Shown: positions 29,267 to 40,614, counted from the first letter of the stretch. The stretch is DNA of 64,000 nt from Mariniblastus sp. (GCA_031400405.1 JANNPW010000050.1:20646-84645), one strand, 5' to 3'. Notes: generated from the sequence alone by a model not told the origin. Numbers and translations: made by a program.

Positions 29267-31039
29267 TTACCCCAGCTCCGCGTTGACATGTGCCGTGTGC
29301 GCTGCCAGATAGGTTTCGCGGATCATTATGCGGGTGGCTTCTTCGGTTAAGAAACGATCGGTAAAACCAGGCACGACAGTTTCAATCGTGCTTTGTGCCG
29401 AATACACCAAATGTCGAATCAAGTCCATTGGCGACTCGTCTCCGACCGCACAACGAATCGTGGTGGGGGTCAGTCCAGCCGCGGCCAACGCGGCCGCATC
29501 GAGCTCGCTGTGAGTGGTGAGGGCCGGACAGCTGACGATCGTGTTGGATTGACCCAAACTGATCATGTGCCCAAACGTCGGCGACAACGAATCAAAAAAT
29601 TTCTGAAATGTTTCGCGCGGCAGGTCGCCCATGTCAAAGGTAAACAGCGGCGCTGGCAACCCCAGATACATGAATTTTTGACGAGCTCCAAAATTGGGGC
29701 TACTGCTTAACGCGTTGCAATTAACGTGCACGCCCGGATGGGAGTTGAGAAATTTGGCCAGAATTTGGGTATTGATACATTTGCGCAACATGCGCAATCC
29801 CAGTGTCTTCATCCCCTGCATCACTTCAAAGGCTGCATCCGCATTGAGGAACGCTCCTTTGACATAATACACATTCCAAAACATGGTTTGGTCCCAGCAT
29901 TTTCCGTTGACCGTTTGACCTTTGGGAATGAACATCTCGAGATTCCTGCCAATCACGCAACCGGCAATCACGCTACCCGAACCACTGAGGTCTTTGGTGT
30001 AACTGTGAATTACAAAATCCGGACGCTCATCCGCATCGATCCGCTGCAGCGGGCGATACAAAAACGGCGTGCCGACGGTGGCGTCCAGCATGACTTTCAA
30101 GCCATGTTGATGCGCCGACTTGGAAATTCCGGCAACGTCCAGCACGTAGCCCTGGGGGTTGGATGGTGATTCCAGATAGACATAGATGTTTCGGCCAGCC
30201 GCCAGCCGATCCGCATAGGTCGTTTGCACATGCCGTAAACATTTCTCGAAATCCTCCCGCGAATCGCCATCAAACGTTTCTACCGCGACTGCGAGATTGC
30301 CTGGTTTGGCAAACCAATCATGGATCAATTGATGGGCGCCGCCGTATACGTTGCGCGATTTAATCAGAATGTCATCGCGACCGAGTAAGTGCGACAATGC
30401 CGAATCGATCGCGGCCATTCCGCTGTTGAAATTCCAAGCCATATACTGGTCGGCATAGGGACCTGCTTCCAGGTCCACGATATGATTGGCCAGACAAACA
30501 CTGGTCGGATTCAACAGTCGGGAGTAAATCTCCAGCATCAACTCCTTGCCATGAAAAGCGTCCTCGATCCACTCGGCACACGCGAAGATGTACGTTGCCG
30601 TTCGCGTGATGACCGGTGTGGCAGAAAAGATTGCCATGACGTTGTCGAATACCGGATACGGCCCTTTGGCGGCCAGCGTTTCGTCGCTGAATCCCAACGC
30701 CTGGTAACTGGCACGGGACGGATTTTGCAAGGTGTCCAGCACTTTGGCCATTTGAAATGACAAAAACTTTTTCGCATTGAATCGCTGAATTCGATCGGTC
30801 TGGTGCAAGGTTCGAATGGAATCCAGGGTGATCTTCCAGAGGTGCTCCACGTCGTCCTGACTCTCGTACATGCGGCGCACAATTCGGCCGAGCGTTTGGC
30901 CGTATTCACTGGCTGGGTCGATGCTGAAGTAGTTCAATTGTTGGTGGACGAGTTCGTCCAGCGAAGTCGCGGTAGTCGTGTTGCGTTGGGGAGAAAGCTT
31001 TTTCATGCGATCGAAATTGTCAGTTGTCTGGTTGGCCAT
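29267..31039 (-). CDS. Cys/Met-metabolism PLP-dependent enzyme (cystathionine gamma-synthase / OAH sulfhydrylase-like) with long N-terminal extension
   Basis: IYSRLLNPT, FNSGMAAI, YGGAHQL, LESPSNP, LDATVGTP, HSYTKDLSGSG (PLP Lys), SLGQSNTIV, IRCAVGDE. Confidence 0.85.
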   Translation of the reverse strand: MANQTTDNFDRMKKLSPQRNTTTATSLDELVHQQLNYFSIDPASEYGQTLGRIVRRMYESQDDVEHLWKITLDSIRTLHQTDRIQRFNAKKFLSFQMAKVLDTLQNPSRASYQALGFSDETLAAKGPYPVFDNVMAIFSATPVITRTATYIFACAEWIEDAFHGKELMLEIYSRLLNPTSVCLANHIVDLEAGPYADQYMAWNFNSGMAAIDSALSHLLGRDDILIKSRNVYGGAHQLIHDWFAKPGNLAVAVETFDGDSREDFEKCLRHVQTTYADRLAAGRNIYVYLESPSNPQGYVLDVAGISKSAHQHGLKVMLDATVGTPFLYRPLQRIDADERPDFVIHSYTKDLSGSGSVIAGCVIGRNLEMFIPKGQTVNGKCWDQTMFWNVYYVKGAFLNADAAFEVMQGMKTLGLRMLRKCINTQILAKFLNSHPGVHVNCNALSSSPNFGARQKFMYLGLPAPLFTFDMGDLPRETFQKFFDSLSPTFGHMISLGQSNTIVSCPALTTHSELDAAALAAAGLTPTTIRCAVGDESPMDLIRHLVYSAQSTIETVVPGFTDRFLTEEATRIMIRETYLAAHTAHVNAELG

Positions 31040-31159
31040 GAAATTCTCCGAAAGATAAACGAGTGGATTGTGCGATCTGCATTATCAGGCTTCAACACAA
31101 TTTCAGCAACGAGCAAACGTCAACCCACAACCGAGAATTCAGCGCGCCTATCGGCGGAG

Positions 31160-32203
31160 TCACCCACCCTGGGCCAGTCTGCGAATCGACTGTTGGACAA
31201 AGTTCAATTGCTCCGGGAACAATGGCGCGATGACGGACTCGGGCAGAATCGTATCGGCATCGAAAATCGCACCGCTGTGGACCCCCTGGGATGCATCAAA
31301 AAACGACGAACCAATCAGCGAGCACCCGGTCAGATCTGCGCCCCGTAAATCGGCGCCCGTAAAATCTGCACCTTCCATATCCGCATTCGTAAAATTGCAA
31401 TTTCTCAAATCCGTTTTTCGCAGGTTTGCATTCGAAAGATTGGCGTTGGAAAAATCGGACTGACGAAGATCCGAATGCGAAAAATCGGCATTTCGCAGCG
31501 CCGCGCAGTGCGCCTTCAAGTGTTGCAAATCGCGATTGGCAGCCAGCAGGCTGAGTAGATTCTGGTGGGAAAAATCCCGCGACTCGATTAAGCTCGCCGC
31601 TGTTCGTCGATCCAGCGACGGTGCCAAATAACGTTGTTCCAGCCAGGGGTCGGCTGCATTGTGATAGCCGGATTCAGACTCCCAAAATCCCATTTGATCG
31701 TCAGACAACAACTGGATCTCAGTCACCCATTTAACGCTTTTATAGAAATATCGACCAGGAACGATGTTGCGAATCGGGCCGCCGTGGTCGATTGGCAGGG
31801 GCTGGCCATCGACAGTCAGCGCGATCAGCGTCTGTTGGGCCAGGGCCACCTCAATGGGCATTGACGAGGAATGTCTGCGATCGGATCGCGACACAAATGA
31901 CACAAATCTTGCCTCGGCGGATGGCACCACCTGCGTCAACAATTCCGACAACGACACGCCACTAAATTCAACACCCAATTTGGACCAACGAGTTACACAA
32001 TGGATATCAACAATCAATGTCGTTTGCGATTGCGCGGTTAGTTGTGCCAGCGACAATGTAGTCGGCTTGGACACCTGACCCGAAACTCGCAAACTCCAAG
32101 TTTGACCGGTCGCTGCCGGTTGCCGCTCGCCAATAATCGGCCATTTTCCGTCGGCAACCAATTGTTGACCCGGAGGTAATGTCCGCGAAGAATGAATGCT
32201 CAT
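31160..32203 (-). CDS. Sulfite-oxidase-family molybdopterin oxidoreductase fused to pentapeptide repeats
   Basis: LPPGQ, WSLRVSGQV, DIHCVTRWS (Mo-ligating Cys), PLPIDHGGPIRNIVPGRYFYKSVKWVTEI; C-terminal A(D/N)L/F-x-x repeats (ADFSH SDLRQ SDFSN ANLSN ANLRK…). Confidence 0.88.
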   Translation of the reverse strand: MSIHSSRTLPPGQQLVADGKWPIIGERQPAATGQTWSLRVSGQVSKPTTLSLAQLTAQSQTTLIVDIHCVTRWSKLGVEFSGVSLSELLTQVVPSAEARFVSFVSRSDRRHSSSMPIEVALAQQTLIALTVDGQPLPIDHGGPIRNIVPGRYFYKSVKWVTEIQLLSDDQMGFWESESGYHNAADPWLEQRYLAPSLDRRTAASLIESRDFSHQNLLSLLAANRDLQHLKAHCAALRNADFSHSDLRQSDFSNANLSNANLRKTDLRNCNFTNADMEGADFTGADLRGADLTGCSLIGSSFFDASQGVHSGAIFDADTILPESVIAPLFPEQLNFVQQSIRRLAQGG

Positions 32204-32371
32204 CGGGAATTCACCTGGTAAATAGAACTAAAAGTCAAATGTAAGTCGTTGTCTAATTGATAACAAAAAGTGTTTGATTGATCTCGATTTTTGATCGCAA
32301 GTTTCTAGCCTGGATTGTAATCAATTTGCGATTTACGCGATTTGTGCGTTTTGCATCGAACGTTTCAAAAA

Positions 32372-32387
32372 CGGCATGAAACATGCA
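32372..32387 (+). promoter_or_regulatory. Candidate sigma54 (-24/-12) promoter
   Basis: CGGCATGAAACATGCA: GG-N10-GC spacing exact and close to TGGCACG-N4-TTGCW; ~120 nt upstream of the Gly/Tyr-rich gene. Confidence 0.5.
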
Positions 32388-32505
32388 ATCATTTGACGAT
32401 ATCATCGGAGTGCAAGCTGCAAGAAAAAACAAATTGTTCGCCGATGGTTTCTGCTTTTACAAGCGTTGTTCTGTCCCCTAAATCTGGAAATCGAGGAGAA
32501 ATTCA

Positions 32506-32859
32506 ATGAAACAATTAGCAATCCTAATCGCGGCGGTCTGCGCCGTCGGTATGTTGGCTGCCGAATCACAAGCCCAACACCACCATCACCACCATGGTGG
32601 TCACGGCGGTGGATACTACGGGGGAAATAACGGTGGTTTCTCGTTGTCCATCGGCAACGTTGGTTACGGTGGCTACGGCGGCGGGTACTATAACAGCTAT
32701 CGCCCCATCTACGGCGGAGGGTACTACGCACCCGTTCCGGTGGTCCCCATTTACGGTGGCTACCCTGGCTACGGTGGTGGATTTTACGGCGGCGGCTACG
32801 GTGGCTACGGTGGTGGCTATGGCGGTTGCAACCGTGGTGGGATCTCGATCGGTTGGTAA
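32506..32859 (+). CDS. Secreted His6-Gly/Tyr-rich low-complexity protein
   Basis: GAGGAG RBS; signal peptide ending AESQA; mature QHHHHHHGGHGGGYYGG…GGYGGGY…GISIGW. Confidence 0.85.
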   Translation: MKQLAILIAAVCAVGMLAAESQAQHHHHHHGGHGGGYYGGNNGGFSLSIGNVGYGGYGGGYYNSYRPIYGGGYYAPVPVVPIYGGYPGYGGGFYGGGYGGYGGGYGGCNRGGISIGW

Positions 32860-32886
32860 TCGTTGCTTCCGAAAAACTTTCGAACC

Positions 32887-32918
32887 AAAAACCGTTGTCC
32901 TATTGGGCAGCGGTTTTT
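32887..32918. terminator. Bidirectional intrinsic terminator
   Basis: aaaaaccgttgtcc-tatt-gggcagcggttttt between convergent genes. Confidence 0.8.
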
Positions 32919-32949
32919 TATTTGTCGCGGCCAAAGAGGCGCATCAGGA

Positions 32950-34419
32950 TCAAGCGAACAATGCTGAAACCGAGTGGGCTTTGACCAATTCGCGCGGTTG
33001 ATTGAGGTGGTTCATCACCATCGTTTCCGGATCGATCCCAAATGCATTATAAATGGAAGCCAGCAATTCTCCGGGATGAACAGGATCTTCGAGGGGCGCG
33101 GAGGCGGTTGCATCGGATTTTCCGTGCACGTAGCCTCGTTTAATTCCTGCCCCAGCGATCAAGCCGGTGTAGCAATAGGGCCAATGGTCACGGCCATCAT
33201 TGGAATTGTCATTGCCCGAGGTGCTGACGCCGCGTTGCGGACTGCGACCAAATTCTCCGACCGCCACCAACAGCGTTTCGTCCAACATTCCCCGTTCGTC
33301 AAGATCTTCGATCAAAGCGCTAAGTCCTCGGTCAAACATCGGTGCCGATTGTTCCTTAAGTCGTTTACTCAACTCGACGTGCTGGTCCCAACTGTGGTTG
33401 TCGCTGTTAGCGACCTTCGGCCAGATCACTTCGACCACCCGTGTTCCGGCTTCGACCAATCGTCGGGCCAACAGACAACTCTCGCCAAACGTGTTTCGAC
33501 CGAACTTCTCGCGCACGGATTCGGATTCCTGGTCGAGATTGAATGCTTCCCGCGCTCGACCCGAGACAACCAACTCCAATGCCCGTTGATAGTGCTCGTC
33601 AAGTTTGAACGACTCAACGGCTTGGTCAATGGCCGGCATTTGTTGATTGACGATGTCGCGTAGTTGAGCGCGCCGACGCAAGCGGGCGGAAAACACTTCG
33701 GGCGGAAGTTTTAGATCATCAATGATGATGTTTTGCATTTTCCGTAGATCCATGTCGTCGCCCGCTGGAAACATCGTATAGGGATCAAACGCTTTGCCCA
33801 GAAAGCCCGCCGACCCGCCTTTGCCGACAACGTTGCTTTCCTGTAGCGGTCGGGGCAACATGACGAACGGTAGCATGGGTACTTCAATCGGTTTCATTTT
33901 GATGATGTGGGAACCAAAGTTCGGAAAGTCTTTGGGCGTCGGTGGTTCCAATTGGCCGGACGGACTGACTTTATCCGTCGTATAGCCGGTCATCATTTGA
34001 TAAATCGCGGCGGTATGATTAAACAAACCGACCGGTGTATAGCTCAGTGACCGAATCAGTGTGAAACGATCGTTCAGTTGCGAAAGCTGTGGCAGGTTTT
34101 CGGTGAATTGCACGCCCGGAATTTTTGTCGAGATTGGGCTGAACACGCTCTTGACGTTATCCGGGACGTTCTCTTTGGGGTCCCATAGATCGATATGGCT
34201 TGGCCCTCCCTGCAGATAAACCAAAATGATGCTTTTGGCTTTGTTCCAACCCGCAGTTTCGCGCCGCGGCTGATTGGCAGCTGCCGCTTGCAGCTGAAAC
34301 AAGCCACCCAACGACAGCCCGAGCATACCACTGCCGCCAACGCGCAATACATCACGACGGGTCACGTGCAGTTCGCGATCACAAAGGTCTTTACCGGGAC
34401 GGCCAATGATTCGAAACAT
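32950..34419 (-). CDS. DUF1501 domain protein
   Basis: TRRDVLRVG Tat-like motif, [49 protein letters not shown]. Confidence 0.9.
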   Translation of the reverse strand: MFRIIGRPGKDLCDRELHVTRRDVLRVGGSGMLGLSLGGLFQLQAAAANQPRRETAGWNKAKSIILVYLQGGPSHIDLWDPKENVPDNVKSVFSPISTKIPGVQFTENLPQLSQLNDRFTLIRSLSYTPVGLFNHTAAIYQMMTGYTTDKVSPSGQLEPPTPKDFPNFGSHIIKMKPIEVPMLPFVMLPRPLQESNVVGKGGSAGFLGKAFDPYTMFPAGDDMDLRKMQNIIIDDLKLPPEVFSARLRRRAQLRDIVNQQMPAIDQAVESFKLDEHYQRALELVVSGRAREAFNLDQESESVREKFGRNTFGESCLLARRLVEAGTRVVEVIWPKVANSDNHSWDQHVELSKRLKEQSAPMFDRGLSALIEDLDERGMLDETLLVAVGEFGRSPQRGVSTSGNDNSNDGRDHWPYCYTGLIAGAGIKRGYVHGKSDATASAPLEDPVHPGELLASIYNAFGIDPETMVMNHLNQPRELVKAHSVSALFA

Positions 34420-34456
34420 GAGGTAATCCTCGTCGGTGGGTGGGTTGGAAAAAAAA

Positions 34457-37400
34457 TTAGTGATTAAACAAAAATGATGGACTATTGATCAAGGCCCAAG
34501 CTAAATCCTGGGCCGTGGTCAAACGGGAATCCGTCAGTTGTTTCGAACTTAGTTCGACGTCTTGTTCGAGCTGTACCAAACTTGTCTGCCGCGGCACGGG
34601 CTGGCTGACGCGCGCCAATTTTTCTCGCAATTGAATGATCTGTGGAGCAACGTCGATTGCTTTTTGAGCGGCTACGAGGTTGGCTTGTAGTCCCAACAAT
34701 TGCGGGTCGCCATGTTCAAATGCGGCCATCAAGCGCTGTTTGACCGGCTCAGGCCAAGCAGTGCTGGGTTGGGCCAACATCGCCAACAGCGATTCGTCTA
34801 ATCCCAGCCCGACCTGCTGGTGATACTTGGAAACTGACACTCGAAAACGTCCGACTTGATGGTCAGGGTCAAAATCCTGATAGAGTTTGAATCGCAACAA
34901 CGACCCGCCCGAGAATCCCTGTGGCAATTTCAACTGAAAAGTCGCCCAATTGGGTTGACCGGCGCCACCATTCATCGCCCAGCCATTGACACCCGTTGTC
35001 ATCCCGTCGATCGCCTGATTGACGGGAAGTCCCGTCTGCTCGAAATTGGAAATTGCGGACGAAAAATCGACCCGTTGCCACTGATCGGGGTGATCCGGAT
35101 GCGCGATTTCCATTTCCAATTCGGTCACCACCAAGTTGCTGTTGGGCGCTAATCCGGGCCCATTGCCCGGCAGCGACTCATGCGTCAACAGTTCCAATCG
35201 AACGGCAGAGATTCCCGCCAAATCGGTGGCCGCAACAAGAGTATAAATATCCCGCCCTAGTTTGTGTTGCAACAGGATGCTGCGATCCGGTAGAACTTCA
35301 AACGGTCGTTCGACTTTGGTGCCGAAGGAATCTATGGTCAAGGGATGCCATTGGATGTCGTGCAGTTGCGCCCGTTGCCAGGTTTCGAAATTATGGGATT
35401 GGGCTTTGTATTGGGCCAGTTCGGTCTCCGCTGCCGCGATCAGCGCTAATCGATCGGACTCTCGTTGAATCAACTGCGGATCGAGTTGTTCAATGATTCG
35501 AGCCAATTCGTCCGTAACGAGTCGCATCTCGGTAATCCGTTGCGTTTCCAACTCCGGCAAACGAGCAGTAAATTCTTGAAGTGCCTGATCACGCCGAACG
35601 ATCAAAGTATTGTGATCCGTGGCGATGGCCGAAAAGGCTGGCAACAAACTATCGATTTCGGATTCCACGGCATGACGATTCAGGATTCTCAAATACAACT
35701 GACTGATTAATTGTCGATCGTCCATGGTGCCCCGCACTAAAGCGGCAACTTCGTTTTGCGGATCACTGATCGCTTTGGAGAGATCGGGGCCGCTGACCAA
35801 TGCCAACACGCTACCCAATTGCAAATCATTCGCCCGTTCACATTCACAGGCGCTTTCGCGGGCCGGCCGACCAAGCGTTTCCAAAAAGCCACTTGGCAAC
35901 GTGATGCCGCTATCGGGTATTGCGGCCGCCCGGGTGCCAGGAGCTACCCCCGGAATGTTCAGCTGGCTACCAGTAACCAAATGAATCGAATCGAACAAAA
36001 CTTCGGCCGGCAGTCGACGCGCTTTGGCATGCGAAAAATTTGTTCCGTCATCGCGGTTGAAGGCATTCGATTGTACGGAAAGTTGGTACGTGCGAGATTT
36101 ACAGATCAATTTCAAAACATGTCGGACATCAAAGTTGTGATTGACAAATTCAGCTCGCAGCCCTTCCAATAGCTCTGGATTGGACGGTGGGTTGCCGGCG
36201 CGAATATCGTCAAGCGGCTCGATCAAACCAGTTCCCAACAGGTAACCCCACAGCCGATTCACGTAACTCGTTGCGAAGTAGGGATTTCCTGGTGCAGTAA
36301 TCCAGGCCGCAAGTTTGGCGCGGCGGGAGGAGCTTTCTGTGACAGGATGTTCGCACTCAAAAGGAAATTCGGGAGCCACCAATTGACTCGTACGGACATG
36401 TTTCATTTCGCCCTGGTCGAGATCGGAAATTATCTCGTACAGCGGCGTTGCTCCTTCAACATCCGAACCGCCGATCATCTGTTCGCCGCTTTGAGGATCT
36501 TTCAATCGGCCGATTTGCGCAAAAAAAGCCGAGGTCTCAAAATACTGGTTTTGCGTCCAGCGTTCAAAAGGATGATCGTGACATTTGTTGCAATTGAAAC
36601 GAGTTCCCAGAAACAGGTGGGTGGTATTCTCCATCACTTCTTCGGGCGTCCGTAAAACCTTGAAATAGGACGCCGGCGGGTTTTCCTTATTCGAACCGCT
36701 GGCGGTCAAAATATCGTGCGCAAATTCATTGTAGGGTCGATTGGATTTGACTTGATCACGAATCCAATTGCGAAATGCCAATGCTCCTTCGGCTCCCAGG
36801 TACTTGCGATTGACTTGCAACATGTCGGCCCATTTATTGGACCAATGCTCGACAAAAGCTTCGTTGCCCACCAGTTGATCGATCAATTCGTCCCGCTTCG
36901 TTCGCGTGGGGCGATTATCACCGAGGAATTGCTCGACCTGCACGGCTGATGGCGGCAGTCCAGTCAGATCCAAATACAGACGGCGGATAAATTCTTCGTC
37001 GCTGCACAACTCCGAGGGTTGAATCTTCATGCGCTGCCATTTAGCAGCGACCCAATCGTCGATAGCTCCCCAAGACTCCGGCGCGGACCAGGCGAATCCA
37101 TCCCGGTTTCCCATTACCGTCAACGTAGTCGCGGTAAAAGCCCCTTCGTACCGCGCTAGAATCGGCGCTTCCCCTCGTCGCAGGGCTTTGATCAGGGAAC
37201 CCGTCGCGGACGCGACTTCCAGGTTGCCAGCTTCAATCACCGCTTCACGTGTGACATCGCGCGTGTTGCCATCGGAGTAACGCGCCACGACACGCATTTG
37301 TTGCAATTCACCAGCATTGATCAGGGTGGGGTTCTGGGGGATCAGTTCAATCGAGGCGACCTTGGGTGATTCCAAATTAAGTTTTGCCCCTGCCCGAATC

Positions 37401-39568
37401 CAGTCGCAGATCAGCTGATAATATCGACTGTCTGGTGCAAACAACTTACCACCTTCGTGCGGGACCTGCGCCGACGGTTTAAGCAACATTAAACTCGACT
37501 CAGGTGCCGCCATATCGGTACGACGACAAGCCATGTCATCGGTGAAAGCTCGGATATCATCGAGTGGATCGTAGCCGCGCAATGAAAGTTTAAATCCTTT
37601 TTTGCCTCCTTGGCTGCCATGGCAGGTTCCGGCATTGCAACCCAATTTTGTCAACACCGGATTCACATCACGCGTGAAGTCGGGTTCGAAAGTTTCTGGA
37701 ACCAGGGCGACGCGGGCTGGGACCGTCGCGGTCAAACCATTCCAGGCGACATGAATTTCCGTTTCGCCATTGGCCACTGCTTGCAAGAATTTTCCAGTGA
37801 CTGCCACGATTCCCGCATCAACTTCCACTTCCGCCGCACCGGTAACATCGATTCGCGAGCCATTGGCGAGTTCGGCTTGTACGACCAGTTGACAATAATC
37901 GATCGGCAACTGAAACAAGACGGCTTCAGGCGAAACAATCAATCGTCGAATATCCAATTCGCCGATTGATTGGTTGGCAAGCGGCTCCGTCGCAACAGGC
38001 GGATCGTCAAAATGCCAGTTCTGCACCAGAATTTCCGTCGGCAACCCTGGTTCCATCGCGATTGGCAGCAGCGCATTCACGATGTTTCCTGTCGCCGTTT
38101 CGATCACGCGAATGATTCCGTCTCGACCACCCGCGACGATGCAGTTGCCGTTGGGATGAAAATCAATTGAGTAAATTCCAGATTCCGGGATGCTGGTTTC
38201 TGAAATCTGTTTAATCTCTTGCGTTACATGATCGGCAAGAATTTTTCGTTCGTCGGCCGACTGGCTCGCGACCGTTTTCGAAACGATCGCTTTGATGTTG
38301 TCAGGTTGAGTCGAATCAAATTCATAGGAAAACACCCGCAACAAACTCGAACCATCGAGGCTGCTGGCAGCGGCGAAATACTTTCCGTCCGGCGATACGG
38401 CGACCGACTGAATTCGGCCGGGCATCTCCGGCATTTGCCGAACGAGGTTGGCATCATCGCCGATCACGCGCTTGGTCAGGCGGTTCAGACGATATATTTT
38501 GGGAATGCCGTCGGCACCGCCGATCAACACTTCATCACGGTTGGGATGTCTGGCAACGGACGAGATGCCCCCCTTCAACACGCCAGGCGTAATCGAAGTG
38601 ATGTTGTCCATGAATCGCTGCGTTGCCACGTCGATCAATTTGCAGCTCATATCCCGTCCGACAGAGACTAATTGCGATCCGTCGACTGAGAAGACTGTGT
38701 CGCGCACCCAGTCTTCGTGAGCTCCTTGAAACAGCACCTGTACTCCGGTGGCGGCGTCAATTACTCGCACTGCGTTATCAGTGCAACCGAATGACAATTT
38801 CGAACCGTCGGGAGACCAACTGACGCCATAAACGCTGTCCGGCGAAACGATTTTTGACAACTCCAGTTCTCCGGTGGCAATGTCCCAAATTTGAACCTCG
38901 CCGAACTCAGCTGGAATTCCACCGGACACCGCCAATCGGGTGCCGTCCGGTGAAAATTGCAGCGACTCAATTCGCGTCGACAAACCAATCAAACGACGAT
39001 TCAATGAAGCTGTCACTGGACTGGCAGAAACGGCGGGTTGATCGTCGAACGACAATAGTAACACCTCGTTAAAACCTGAAACCGCCAGCAAGCGTCCATC
39101 CGGCGACAGATCGAGCGCCGATAAGTTTGGCAAATGCGAATACTTGGGCGGATTCTCTTGCGAAAAATGCGATGTTTCCCGAGTCGGCGAATCGTCCTGG
39201 GCCCCCTGTTCGATCCAAGTTCGAATCATTGCCAATTCCGCCTCGATGAAGGGCGCAGCATTGGGTGGCATTTCCGCTTCGCCATCGACTGGCGTGATCA
39301 ACTCCAACAATCGACTGGCACCTGGATTACCCGGTACAATGGCGGCCTCGTTGGACTCACCGCTACCGACCAGGCGATCGAATTGGGTCATGACGTACCC
39401 GCCCTGTTCGCGGGCCGGTTGATGGCATCCAAAACATTTCTCGGCTAACAGCGGACGCACATCTCGATTAAAACTGATCACTTGATCAGGTTCGTCCGCC
39501 ACTGCGATTCCCGGAAAACAAACACTAACGGTCGCAACCAGGGCGACCATGACGCTACGGTATGGCAT
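34457..39568 (-). CDS. DUF1549/DUF1553 (PSCyt/PSD1) protein with planctomycete cytochrome c, WD40 and Ig-like domains
   Basis: [19 protein letters not shown] (CxxCH); WD40 repeats (…SPDG…, …FSVDG…); IDDWV…[14 protein letters not shown]; [10 protein letters not shown]; [12 protein letters not shown]; [16 protein letters not shown]. Confidence 0.88.
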   Translation of the reverse strand: MPYRSVMVALVATVSVCFPGIAVADEPDQVISFNRDVRPLLAEKCFGCHQPAREQGGYVMTQFDRLVGSGESNEAAIVPGNPGASRLLELITPVDGEAEMPPNAAPFIEAELAMIRTWIEQGAQDDSPTRETSHFSQENPPKYSHLPNLSALDLSPDGRLLAVSGFNEVLLLSFDDQPAVSASPVTASLNRRLIGLSTRIESLQFSPDGTRLAVSGGIPAEFGEVQIWDIATGELELSKIVSPDSVYGVSWSPDGSKLSFGCTDNAVRVIDAATGVQVLFQGAHEDWVRDTVFSVDGSQLVSVGRDMSCKLIDVATQRFMDNITSITPGVLKGGISSVARHPNRDEVLIGGADGIPKIYRLNRLTKRVIGDDANLVRQMPEMPGRIQSVAVSPDGKYFAAASSLDGSSLLRVFSYEFDSTQPDNIKAIVSKTVASQSADERKILADHVTQEIKQISETSIPESGIYSIDFHPNGNCIVAGGRDGIIRVIETATGNIVNALLPIAMEPGLPTEILVQNWHFDDPPVATEPLANQSIGELDIRRLIVSPEAVLFQLPIDYCQLVVQAELANGSRIDVTGAAEVEVDAGIVAVTGKFLQAVANGETEIHVAWNGLTATVPARVALVPETFEPDFTRDVNPVLTKLGCNAGTCHGSQGGKKGFKLSLRGYDPLDDIRAFTDDMACRRTDMAAPESSLMLLKPSAQVPHEGGKLFAPDSRYYQLICDWIRAGAKLNLESPKVASIELIPQNPTLINAGELQQMRVVARYSDGNTRDVTREAVIEAGNLEVASATGSLIKALRRGEAPILARYEGAFTATTLTVMGNRDGFAWSAPESWGAIDDWVAAKWQRMKIQPSELCSDEEFIRRLYLDLTGLPPSAVQVEQFLGDNRPTRTKRDELIDQLVGNEAFVEHWSNKWADMLQVNRKYLGAEGALAFRNWIRDQVKSNRPYNEFAHDILTASGSNKENPPASYFKVLRTPEEVMENTTHLFLGTRFNCNKCHDHPFERWTQNQYFETSAFFAQIGRLKDPQSGEQMIGGSDVEGATPLYEIISDLDQGEMKHVRTSQLVAPEFPFECEHPVTESSSRRAKLAAWITAPGNPYFATSYVNRLWGYLLGTGLIEPLDDIRAGNPPSNPELLEGLRAEFVNHNFDVRHVLKLICKSRTYQLSVQSNAFNRDDGTNFSHAKARRLPAEVLFDSIHLVTGSQLNIPGVAPGTRAAAIPDSGITLPSGFLETLGRPARESACECERANDLQLGSVLALVSGPDLSKAISDPQNEVAALVRGTMDDRQLISQLYLRILNRHAVESEIDSLLPAFSAIATDHNTLIVRRDQALQEFTARLPELETQRITEMRLVTDELARIIEQLDPQLIQRESDRLALIAAAETELAQYKAQSHNFETWQRAQLHDIQWHPLTIDSFGTKVERPFEVLPDRSILLQHKLGRDIYTLVAATDLAGISAVRLELLTHESLPGNGPGLAPNSNLVVTELEMEIAHPDHPDQWQRVDFSSAISNFEQTGLPVNQAIDGMTTGVNGWAMNGGAGQPNWATFQLKLPQGFSGGSLLRFKLYQDFDPDHQVGRFRVSVSKYHQQVGLGLDESLLAMLAQPSTAWPEPVKQRLMAAFEHGDPQLLGLQANLVAAQKAIDVAPQIIQLREKLARVSQPVPRQTSLVQLEQDVELSSKQLTDSRLTTAQDLAWALINSPSFLFNH

Positions 39569-39769
39569 AGGATCATCTCATCTTGAGAAATGGTTGGTTT
39601 TTCCATGATCCCTCACCGACAATCAAAGTGCAATAGAATCCCGTATTTCCAAACGGCAAAAATCGAGCGATGACCAGTATTTCTGGTTTGTTATGGCTTT
39701 CTTCGCACGAAAAAAGCAGGTTGAAAATTCCAGGTTTTTTTGAAAAAGTCTGTTTTGGTTAGCTAGACT

Positions 39770-40603
39770 ATGTCAAAAAGGAATATAGCAATGAAGTTAA
39801 TACTCTCGATGAAGTCCCCCTTCGATTCAGTTTGGCTGATTGCAACCGCAATGGTCGGGTTTTTATTCGTCAGTGCGATGTCGGCTGCGCAGGAAAACGC
39901 CACGCCTGGGGCGGCAACAACCGGGACTCAGGATTCAACGCCCGCTTCGCCGGATGCGCAGGTCGCTGCCCAGCCTGTGATGACTAATTACTGGGTCTTC
40001 CTAAAAACTGGAAAACCATCGACTGAGTTTGCGCGAGAAGAACTCGAAAGGATGCAAGCTGCCCATCTGGCAAATTTTGGCCGACTGTTCAAGTTGGGAA
40101 AACTAAGTGCGGCTGGCCCGCTCGGTGATCCAACACAGAAGTTGCGCGGAATCGTGTGCGTCTCGGCGACTGATGCCGCGAATATACCGGAATATTTCGG
40201 CGAGGACCCTTTCATCGAACACGGAATACTCCAGCTTGAGTCGCACGAAATTGTCGAGCAACAGGGCGCTTTTAGTTCCAAACTCAGCGAAACGGAAATG
40301 GAAGAATTTCAAATCGTCGTGCTTCACTCAACGAAGAGTGGCATAGGTGAAGTCACTCCCGCAATCGAAGAATCCACGCATGATTACCTGGCTTCCATCC
40401 TCCTGCCAGAAAAAATGCGAATGGCCATGCACTTCGGGCCCAACGATAACAACCTCGCGGGAGTTCTGATACTGAAAAAGCAGGAACCGGATGTGACGGA
40501 AGCATTGATTAACAAAATTCCCATGATCTCGCAGGGTCACTGGAAGCCGGAACTGTTGCCGCTGTACATGAGCCAAGGTGTTCTGGACGACGCACCAAAA
40601 TAA
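39770..40603 (+). CDS. Exported protein with YciI-like domain(s)
   Basis: Hydrophobic signal, low-complexity linker, MQAAHLANF…KLSAAGPL…GIV…EDPFIEHG YciI pattern; true start may be a later Met. Confidence 0.65.
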   Translation: MSKRNIAMKLILSMKSPFDSVWLIATAMVGFLFVSAMSAAQENATPGAATTGTQDSTPASPDAQVAAQPVMTNYWVFLKTGKPSTEFAREELERMQAAHLANFGRLFKLGKLSAAGPLGDPTQKLRGIVCVSATDAANIPEYFGEDPFIEHGILQLESHEIVEQQGAFSSKLSETEMEEFQIVVLHSTKSGIGEVTPAIEESTHDYLASILLPEKMRMAMHFGPNDNNLAGVLILKKQEPDVTEALINKIPMISQGHWKPELLPLYMSQGVLDDAPK

Positions 40604-40614
40604 GTCAGTCGGAA

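Noticed and set aside
31040-31159. SAM riboswitch upstream of the Cys/Met PLP gene
   Set aside because: No S-box or SAM-II/SAH consensus recognisable; the region is only 120 bp.
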